Assembly: GCA_951406725.2 (NCBI GenBank)
Contig: OX597816.1
Span: 141,298,001-141,362,000, forward strand
Source of the DNA: Octopus vulgaris
Taxonomy: Eukaryota
DNA: 64,000 nucleotides
Direction of reading: 5' to 3'
A program made the translations under genes and the position numbers. The notes below the pieces were generated by a model. That model did no database searches. It was not told the origin of the DNA and saw only the letters and a program-made list of their open reading frames with translations. Below are positions 39,356 through 48,705 of the stretch, piece by piece. How positions within the stretch are numbered: position 1 is the first letter of the stretch; every line of letters begins with the position of its first letter.

Positions 39356-39804
39356 GTAGATAAGCAAATAATCATAATGATGTTCTCTAATATAAGCACA
39401 AGGCCTCATATTTGAGGGAGGAGTATCATTAATTATAGTAACCTACTACTGGGTCAGTATAACACTGGTGCATGTATTGATGTATGTATATAAGCACACA
39501 CACACATCCATGCATGCACCTTCAACCAGTCTTGATTTCTTACTTCTTTATGTAAATATATGTAATTAAAATCTCTACTAATATAACTATAAATGCAAGA
39601 AAATTAATAGGCACGTATGTGAGTGAATAGTAAGAAAATTGCTATCAAACCACATGGTTCTAAGTGCAGACCCTCTTCTACTATAGCCTCAGGGTGAACA
39701 AAATCTTGTGAATGGATTTGATAGACAAAAAGTGAAAGAAGCCCATCGCATGTGTGCATGTATATATATAATTCAAATTTAGGGAGCGGAATAGATAAAA
39801 TCCA

Positions 39805-39893
39805 GGCTTCATATGTTTCCTTGCTAGCAGAATCTCGGAAGTAGTATCATAATTATCCAAATAAGGGGTAATCTGCTAGCTATTCATCAGGCC
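39805..39893 (-). ncRNA. Type I hammerhead motif, cleavage triplet mutated (GAA for GUA)
   Basis: Minus strand ggc CTGATGA ata gctagcaga...tctgctagc aag GAAA CATATG AA gcc; partial inverted copy at 39972-40021. Confidence 0.7.
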
Positions 39894-40021
39894 AAAGATA
39901 TCTTAGTCAGATGAAGGTTATGTTGTCGCATTTTCAATCAAATCTCCTGCGAGTTAACATGGAATACCTTAACAACAAACTTCATTTGGTTAAGGTATCT
40001 TTGGCATGACAAGTAGCTAGC

Positions 40022-40420
40022 GTGTTCGTTGTCAGGACTGCTGACTGACTCCCGTGTCAGTGGCACGTAAAAAGCACTATTCGAGCGTGATTGTTGCCAG
40101 TGTCGTCTTACTGACACATAAAAAACAACATTCGAGCCTGGTTGTTGCCAGTGCTGCCAGACTCGCTCCTGTGCAGGTGGCACGTAAATAACACCATTCG
40201 AGCATGGTCGTTGCCAGTATTGCCTGACTGGCCCTTGTGCCGGTGGCACGTAAAGGCACCCACTACACTCTTGGAGTGGTTAGCATTAACGGCATCCAGC
40301 TGTAGAAACTTTGCCAGATCAGATTGGAGCCTGGTGCAGCCTTCTGTCTTGCCAGTCTTCAGTCAAACCGTCCAACCCATGCCAACATGGAAAGTAGACG
40401 TTAAACGATGACGACGATGA
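40022..40420 (+). mobile_element. SINE family A with ~4 internal units
   Basis: gtggcacgtaaa units, then ggcatccagctgtagaaac...gacgttaaacgatgacgacgatga. Confidence 0.85.
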
Positions 40421-40589
40421 TATATTCAAATAAAGGTTATAAACCTCATTAAGGGATAGTAAAATCCAACGAAAATACTGGTTAGTTCAACTATAAGGTA
40501 ACTATATAAACCATGGTTCATATGTTTATATATTTAAAGAATAAGGAGAAAATGGAGAGGTAATTAATAAAATACTATTTATTAATTAT

Positions 40590-40888
40590 AAAATGTGACA
40601 ACATCTCTGACAGCTGTTTCGATTCAGTAATCTTTAGATAATTAATTTATAAAATCAAAATCATTATAAGATGAATCTCTTCATAGGTAGTTAAGAAATA
40701 TGAATTAGAAATACATATTGAGATAAGGCAAAAGTCCAATTGGTATATCTTAACTACCTATGAACCATTAACAGTTAAAGCTTATTAACTTCCTACACCA
40801 TGATCTGTGGACTTTTGCCTTTACACACACACATGTGTGTGTGTTTGTTTGTCTTTTACCACTGCTTGACAACTGGTGTTGGTTTGTT

Positions 40889-40948
<60 letters not shown>

Positions 40949-41132
40949 GATCAAGGTGTAGGAAGTTGATAAGCTTTAACTGTTAATGGTTTGTAGCCTT
41001 TATCTCAACATGTATTTCTAATTGGTATATCTTAACTACCTTTGAAGAGATTCATCTAATAATGATTTTAATTTTATAAATCATCTAAAGATTACTGAAT
41101 CAAAACAGCTGTCAGAGATGTTGTCACATTTT
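40590..41132. mobile_element. Diverged inverted pair of a hammerhead-bearing element
   Basis: 40590-40730 inverts to 40995-41132 and 40763-40809 to 40925-40990; each arm reads (T/A)TGAAGA gattca...tgaatc (G/A)AAA CAGCTG TC. Confidence 0.75.
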
Positions 41133-41157
41133 GTTTGTATATATATGTATGTATGTG

Positions 41158-41206
<49 letters not shown>

Positions 41207-41290
41207 ATTCGAGACAAAACCACTATTTTAAGACCAAACAAGGAAAGACTTAATCAATACATAAAATTTTAATATAAATTAAATAAACCG

Positions 41291-41334
41291 CCACTACAAA
41301 TGTTTCATGTCTGCTACCGACAATCTTCAGGTGG
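41291..41334 (-). ncRNA. Minimal type I hammerhead ribozyme (mirror copy)
   Basis: Exact reverse complement of 41403-41446. Confidence 0.8.
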
Positions 41335-41402
41335 ATTTTCGATCTTCTAATCAGTATCAAATTTTGACTTCAAAATTTGATACTGATTAGAAGATCGAAA
41401 AT

Positions 41403-41446
41403 CCACCTGAAGATTGTCGGTAGCAGACATGAAACATTTGTAGTGG
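41403..41446 (+). ncRNA. Minimal type I hammerhead ribozyme
   Basis: ccac CTGAAGA t tgtc ggtagca gaca t GAAA catttg TA gtgg; predicted cleavage after 41442 (GUA). Confidence 0.8.
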
Positions 41447-41645
41447 CGGTTTATTTAATTTATATTAAAATTTTATGTATTGATTAAGTCTTTCCTTGTT
41501 TGGTCTTAAAATAGTGGTTTTGTCTCGAATTATATTATATAATATTTTACTATAAAATTGGATTTAACCCTAAATCTGATTTTTCCCTGTAATTTTGGAT
41601 TCATTCCCTAATATTTATTATTATATATATATATATATATGTAAT

Positions 41646-42228
41646 AAATTAAAAGGGTGGCTTATTAGTAATTAGAACCCAAAGACAAAATTAATAGAGG
41701 TCACAAAAGTGACAGAGGGTACTGACTAGCACTGATTATGCTAAGATAAAAGTTAAATTAACTCCAAAGCCACCAAAGCACTATACTTAATGACTGACAA
41801 AGGGAGCTAAGTTCCTAGTTTATATAACTGTATTGCTAGGGGCTTACCTGCCTCCGTCAGTTATTAAGTATAATGCTTTAGTGGCTTTGGAGTTAATTTA
41901 ACTCTTGGCATAAGCGGTGCTAGTCAGTACCCTCCGTCACTTTTGTGACCTCTATTAATTTTGCCATTAAGTTCTAATTGCTAATAAGCCACCCTTTTAA
42001 TTTGTTGTTTACACATTTACTGTTTTGAAAATCATCACATGTTTTCAATGGTTTTTCTTATAAGATTGACAGAGGAAATTGGTTGAATACAGTGAATCCA
42101 TCACAAGGATATTGCTCTGACCTTCTCAATGCAGTAGGTACTTCACAGGGTGGAAACAACTGACTACTATAAGGAGCAGAAGCACTGCAAATTTGCTTAG
42201 TCAATATGTAGTGCTGAGTTCAGTTACT

Positions 42229-42281
<53 letters not shown>

Positions 42282-42520
42282 ACTTTAAACTTAGATACTT
42301 GCAAGTAGCCCATTATAATACATTTTACAGTTTATTCACAAGAAGTTAAAGTGTCCACTATAATTCTTATAAAATTGACAGACGAAAATTAAGGTGAAAT
42401 TGCGATATGGCTATATATGCTAGGGATTTACCTTTCTTTGTCAGTTATTTAGTGGCTTTGGAGTTAATTTAACTCTTATCTTAGCATAAATTGCGCTAGT
42501 CACTTTTGTGACCTCTATTA
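41646..42520. mobile_element. Imperfect palindrome (41646-42003) plus a third direct arm copy (~42415-42520)
   Basis: aaattaaaagggtggcttattag...ctaataagccacccttttaattt; ttagtggctttggagttaatttaactctt at both ~41878 and ~42449. Confidence 0.85.
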
Positions 42521-43059
42521 AGTTTTATATATATATATATGTGTGTGTATGTCTGTGTTTATCCTGCATCACCACTTAACAACTGATGTTGGTTTGTTCA
42601 CATCCCTTGCAACTTCGCAGTTTGGTACAAGAGATGAATAGAGTAAGTACCAGACTTTAAAAATTAAGTATGGAGATTGATTTGTTTGATCCAAATGCTT
42701 CAAGGCAGTGCCTCAACATGGTTGAAGTCCAAAGACTGAAACAAGTAAAAGAGGAAAGTCATGTCTGAAATATACTAACAAAGATGGAGAGAATGCTTTA
42801 TCTATGTCCAAGAAAGATATAGGAAATAAACGAAGATAAAACTCCAACAATTGTTCAAAAGCTGTGGACTTAAAATGAAATGTTTGATTTTTGGTACACA
42901 GTATCAATGCCTCGATACCAAAAAGTACTAAAATCAAATGTTGAAACAAGCTGTTGTAAACTGCATACTATGTAGGCAAAATAAAATTCCATGATAAAAC
43001 AAAAAGTTATTGTCAACTGTAGAATATGTTCAAATAGGGATGGCTAAGCAGTCAAGAGT

Positions 43060-43318
43060 GGAGGCGCATGGCTTAGTGGTTAGGGTGTCAGCATCATGAT
43101 CGTAAGATTGTGGTTTCGATTCCTAGACCGGGCGACGCATTGTGTTCTTGAGCAAAACACTTCATTTCATGTTGTTCCAGTTCATTCAGTTGGCAAAAAT
43201 GAGTAACGCTGCGATGGACTGGCGTCCCATCCAGCTGGGGAACACATACACCATAGAAACCAGAAAACTGGGCCCATGAGCCTGGCTAGGCTTTAAGAAG
43301 GGCGCATTTATTTATTTA
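43060..43318 (+). mobile_element. tRNA-derived SINE (CORE-like and V-like blocks, (TTTA)n tail)
   Basis: tggcttagtggt A box, gtttcgattcc B box, tgtgttcttgagcaaaacactt, ctgcgatggactggcgtccc. Confidence 0.85.
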
Positions 43319-44699
43319 AGCAGTTAAGAAGCTTGCTTTGCAATCATGAAGTCTTGGATTTGATCCTATTGTGTGGTATCTTATGTAGGTGATTTTATCA
43401 TCGTGTTGGGGTAACCCAAGCTTTTTGGAATAAATTTCATAGAATTTTAGTGTGGTGCTCAACTGATTTTGTCAGCATTCACCCTATCAATAACAGTAAT
43501 AATTTCTTTTATTGGTCACAAGGGCCCAAGAAACTGCTCCCTTTACTGGTGCTGTTGCTGCTGTTGCTGGCACTGTTGCCTCTGCTACTGCCGCTGCTGC
43601 CACCTTGATAACTCCTGCCACAGCTGCCATGTCTGTTGCTGCTTACCTTTGCGGCCACTTTTACTGCTTTAACTGTTGCTACTGCTGCTTCTGCTGATTT
43701 CACTGTTGCCGCTACTTCTGCTACTCTCCTCTCTCTCTGCTTCCACTGCTGGTGCCACTGCCTCCACTTCTACTGCTGCCACTACTGTAGCTGCCACCAT
43801 AGCCATGGCCACCACCACCACCACCAACATCACCACCACCATCACTGCAATTACTGGAAAAATACAGTGACCATTCAAAAACCACTGTTCATTGTGTTTA
43901 TTGATTTTATAAGGGCCTTTGATGTGGTTAGTTGCACAAGCATGTACTATGTTATAATGTGGTTTGGTTGCTATGATATTCTTCTGTGTATTCTAACTCA
44001 TATGGTTTTGTAATGGTCCTATATTGGAATTTCTAGGGTTCATCATGGGGCAAAGAAAACTCAATTTTTTGTTTTAATTGCATTTGTCTCATGTACTGCT
44101 TCTTATTTGGAGCAATAACAAATTCTTTAGTCTTCTCATCTCTGAAAATAAAAAAGACATTTTAACAGTGCTTCATAAGAAGTATGCCTATGCAAATGTA
44201 AAGACTCCTACAAAAGTTCCCCTCTGAGGCACAAGTCTGAGCAAGGTTGTTTGTGGAAGACCAGCAGTTGCCCATGCATACCAGCCTTTCTTCTCCATGC
44301 CACTGATGTTATCCAAAGGAAAGGCAAAGGCCGATACAGCTTGGTACCAATGACATCGCAACTCATTTCTACAGCAACTGGAGCAACTTGAAATTATGTG
44401 TCTTGCTCAAGAACACAACACACAGCCTGGTCCGGCAATTGAACTCACTATCTCATGATTGCTCTAACCACTGAGTCATGTGCCTACACAATGCAGATGA
44501 AGCTACACTAGCCATACACTCTGGCAAGGAATATCAAGTGTTGTGTTGTTCCTCAGCTTTAAAAGGAATTGATATAAAGAATGTAGTCCACTCTGATTTT
44601 GGGATACACATGACTGTTGTGGAAAGTCATTCTTATTTGGAATCACTATCACTTAGAGGGGTTATTTTGATTAAGAGGAAGATACATATATATATAGCT

Positions 44700-44916
44700 T
44701 TTGTCTTTTAATTGTTTCAGTCATTAGACTGAGGTCATACTGGGGCACCACCTTGAAGAACTTTTAGGTGAATGAATTTACTTTTTTTTAAACCTGGTAC
44801 TTATTCTATTGGTCTCTTTTGCTGAACCACTAAGTTACAGGGAGATAAACACACCAACACCAATTGTTAAGCAGTGAGGGAGGATCAAAATAGACACAAA
44901 AACACAGACACACACA

Positions 44917-44953
<37 letters not shown>

Positions 44954-45090
44954 TAGGCTTCTTTCAGTTTCCATCTACAAAATCCACTCATAAGGTTTTG
45001 GTTGGCCCAATGCTATAGCAGAAGATGCTTGCCCAAGGTGCCAGGCAGTGGGAGTGAACCCAGAACTATGTGGTTGGGAAGCAAGCTTCT
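44700..45090 (-). mobile_element. SINE family B
   Basis: Reverse complement of family B with internal (CA)n. Confidence 0.8.
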
Positions 45091-45856
45091 TATATATAAA
45101 AAGGAATTAAATTTCTAGAAATTGTAGGCAAGATAGTTATATCTCTAGAAGTTAGTAGTAAGGTAGCTACCTCTCTATAAGACTCTATGTGTAGAACAAT
45201 CAAAATAATCACTTCAGGAAGTACAAAGGAGTTTATGATCTCACTATACACCTGTATAACAGTGAGTACTGGGCTATATAACAAAAGCATGATACTCAGC
45301 TCAACACCTTCTAATTCTGGTGTTTGTGAGCAAATATCAGAAATGGAAAGAGTTGAGCTGGGTTTCTTCTCAACCACATGAACTGTGTTCTAAACTTTGA
45401 AGTTGACTGGTATTGCAGATCTGTATATCTAACTCAGTGACTGAGTAAGCTCTGTATGGATAGGATGCATGTCACATATAGAATGGATGCCAGCAAAAGG
45501 ATACACTTTATGGCAGGTAGTTTCAAATAATACTATTTTTAATATCACTTGGACAAGTTACAGTAAGACTATATTTCACTGATGTCACTGATGGTGCCAA
45601 ATATCATCTGAAATTGTCTTCAATACCTTCTGGAAATAAATCATCAATGAATATTGCTTTTTTCTCACAACATTTTATTTGAGCTTTTCAACATATGGTT
45701 TCAGATAAAAATCCATGCAAAACAAATAAATAAAAAAAAATGACACACACATACACACACTAACCAAAAGCATGCTCAAAACCCCATATCAAGGATAAAT
45801 ACACTATCTTAAAGATAGTGTGTTCATGTTAGTGTGTGTGTTTGTGTGAGTGTGTA

Positions 45857-45887
<31 letters not shown>

Positions 45888-45937
45888 GCCACATATATGT
45901 AGCCGGCTTCCATATATATATATATATATGATGATGA

Positions 45938-46006
<69 letters not shown>

Positions 46007-46046
46007 CATGTGTGTTTGTGTGTGTGTGTATGTGTTTATGATCATA

Positions 46047-46974
46047 CAAGGTGGTATCGAAAAGTTCCAGGATTAGTTATGTTGAATAGAAATAACTTAT
46101 TTACCTAAGTTTTAGTATCATCTTCTTCGAAATAGTCACCTTGCACAGCAATACACTGGTTCCAGCATTCCTGTCACTTTTGGACTCTGGTCTGGAAGTC
46201 GTTTTTGGTAAGCAAGTCAAGGACCTTCTGCAATTTGCTCTAGATCTTGCCAACTGTGTTAAAATGGTGACCTTTGAGCTGCATTTTCATCTTGGGGAAG
46301 AGATAGAAGTTTGTTGGTGCTAAATCTGGCGAATTGGGTGGGTGTGAAAGCGATACCATATTGTTTTTGGTGATAAACTCATGAGTAAGGAGAGCTTGAT
46401 GACAGGGTGCATTGTTGTTAAGTATCCAGTTCTTCACACTCCACAGATCCAGTCGCTTTCACTGAACATCCTCCCTCAGACACTTCAAAACCTTCAGTAG
46501 AACTCTTGATTGATGGTCTGGCCCTGGGGGATGAATTTTTGATGCACAATATCACATTTCTGGGGGTGATGCTCATGGCAGGTCTTCCAGATCGCTCATC
46601 ATATTCCAGATTGCTCATCATCTACCAGGAATGTTCTTCCACTTTTGAAGCACCCATACCATTCAAAACATTGTGTATGACCCATTGCCTCAAGTTTGCC
46701 AAAGTATGCTCAGTGTCTCTGGAGCAGACTTCCCAAGATGAACTCAAAATTTCACATTAGCTGTTTGTTCCAACTTCCTGTCCATGACAAAATCACAGAC
46801 TACAGCATACACAACATGATCACAAAAACACAAATTTCACAACTTGCAAAGTAAACACAGTGATGTCACTCACCACACTGCCTCATGAAGATCACTGCTA
46901 ACTCTCACTGCACATGCAAGTGTGTGCTGCCATCTGTTGGTGCGCTACAGAACTAGTCTAGGAACTTTTTGATA
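46047..46974 (-). mobile_element. Mariner relic, internally deleted
   Basis: TIRs tatcgaaaagttccaggattagtt / aactagtctaggaactttttgata; NNAPCH, HPPNSPDLAPTNFYLFPKMK, DERSGRP. Confidence 0.9.
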
Positions 46975-47834
46975 TGTGTGTATATGTATTGCACGTCAAC
47001 AAACAAACAGCCAAGGAGGAGGCTAATATAAATAGTTCATATCCAGTTAATAGCACTTGGTTGAATCCATTGAATCCACCACAAGGATATTGCTCAGACC
47101 TTCTCAATGAAGTAGGTACTTCACAGGTTGGAAACAACTGACTACTGTGAAAAGCAGAAGCACTGCAAATTTGCTAAGTCAATATGTAATGCTGAGTTCA
47201 GTTACTTGTGTGTGTGAGTGTGTGTGTGTGTGAGTGAGGGAAGAGAGAGAGATTACTTTAAACTTAGATACTTGCGAGTAGCCCCATTATAATACATTTT
47301 ACAGTTTTTTCACAAGAAGTTAGTGTCCACTTGCTATCTTTAACAATTTACTCCAAAATATTATCCACCTTTTATCAAGAATTGTGTATGAGGAAAATTA
47401 CTTCAATAATGTTGCAGATTACTGTGATGAAACTTATCATGGAGAGGTTTTAAGCTTAAGATAAAGTATACGTTGAATAATTTTAATAATACTGTTATAC
47501 AAAAAGAAAGAATACAATACATATATAATTTTACTAATACTCTTATACAAAAAGAGAAAACAACATATTACAGTATAATTCTCTTTATAATCACTTGTTT
47601 GCCAGAAAGTTTCTAAAACTTTTACATAAATATTTCACAAATAGCAGAAAGTTTTCAATGTTAACATTGTTAAAATAAGCTTTTTCCAACTTAGTCAAAT
47701 AAACATTTGACTAAGTCCAACTTCAAGTATATAAAAAAATCAATCTTTCAGTTATTTTTAATTCAATTGTACAATTGTATAAACCCTGATTCATGTCCTT
47801 AATGCATTCATTACTATATTTCATTACTAAGTGA

Positions 47835-48152
47835 GGGCGCGTGGCTTAGTGGTTAGGGCATTCGGCTCATGATCGTAAGGTTGTGAGTTCGATTCCCGGC
47901 GACGCGTTGTGTCCTTGAGCAAGACACTTTATTTCCCGTTGCTCCAGTCCACTCAGCTGGCAAAAATGAGTTGTACTTGTATTTCAAAGGGTCAGCCTTG
48001 TCACTCTCTGTGTCACGCTGATTATCCCCGAGAACTACGTTAAGGGTACACGTGTCTGTGGAATGCTCAGCCATTTGCACGTTAATTTCACGAGCAAGCT
48101 GTTCCGTTGATCGTATCAGCTGGGACCCTCGTCGTCGTAACTGGCGGAGTCT
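47835..48152 (+). mobile_element. Well-preserved tRNA-derived SINE inserted in a piggyBac-like MITE (~47799-48366)
   Basis: tggcttagtggt / gagttcgattccc boxes; actatattt on both sides; host MITE ends agaaggg-TTAA and is an inverted relative of 2336-2559. Confidence 0.8.
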
Positions 48153-48662
48153 TTGAGACTATATTTCTGATGAAATACTGTACTTTAATTTCAATTAATT
48201 TTGAAACTAATGAAGAATAAATAATTTTGTCATTATTAATCTGGTGTTTGAAATAAACTAGCATGAAATTTTTGGGGAAAGTTTTAATTTAGATCTCTGT
48301 AAAACAGAAAATTTATATCATGGAACCAAGGATGGTCTTAGGCAGGTTGCTATCAGAAGGGTTAAATTGTAAATGTTTGGTAAGCTCTATTATTTATTTG
48401 CATATAGGTGTCAATAGTTAAAGAATATATTGGTTGAAAATAGAAATATTACATTTCTAAATCTCTCAGAGAGATTTATACAGCAGCAGCACGATAAAGT
48501 GATGGCATGTTGTCAACTTAATGTGACAGTTCAATAAAAGGGAAGAACGCTACTGCTATTTAGCCCCAGGAAACACCGTTTCCAATTGGCCATGACACCA
48601 TTTTCTGTGTCCTTATGTTTTCAAAGGTGAGAGATAAGCACCTCCACCCAGCAAAGCCAGCA

Positions 48663-48705
48663 TCCAGAGACTAGTTTCAGAGTCATTGCTCATCATCAGT
48701 CTGGA
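48663..48705 (-). ncRNA. Minimal type I hammerhead ribozyme, intact core
   Basis: Minus strand tccaga CTGATGA t gag caatga ctc t GAAA CTAG TC tctgga; 6-bp stem I, palindromic ACUAGU, GUC site. Confidence 0.85.

Larger units (their letters stand above)
41196..41625. mobile_element. Perfect palindrome (172-bp arms, 2-nt loop, 41196-41541) plus an 84-bp tail, in (TA)n; PLE pseudo-LTR-like
   Basis: No arm mismatches found by eye; centre attttga-ct-tcaaaat at 41368-41369. Confidence 0.9.
39610..42755 (+). mobile_element. SINE family B split by a ~2.8-kb nest of palindromic elements
   Basis: 5' half at 39610-39750 ends at gaagcccatcg plus microsatellite; 3' half resumes at 42540. Confidence 0.65.

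Noticed and set aside
38770-39415. Pro/Ser-rich and Gly/Glu-rich ORFs
   Set aside because: Artefacts of a polypyrimidine tract
42370-42412. TTGACAGA...GAAATTGCGATA possible hammerhead variant
   Set aside because: Non-canonical core and no stems I or II
43469-44013. Ala/Thr/His-rich ORFs
   Set aside because: Trinucleotide low complexity; only the end (KPLFIVFIDFIRAFD) looks like an RTE RT scrap
45090-45381. Overlapping ORFs on both strands
   Set aside because: Short, with no motif or splice support
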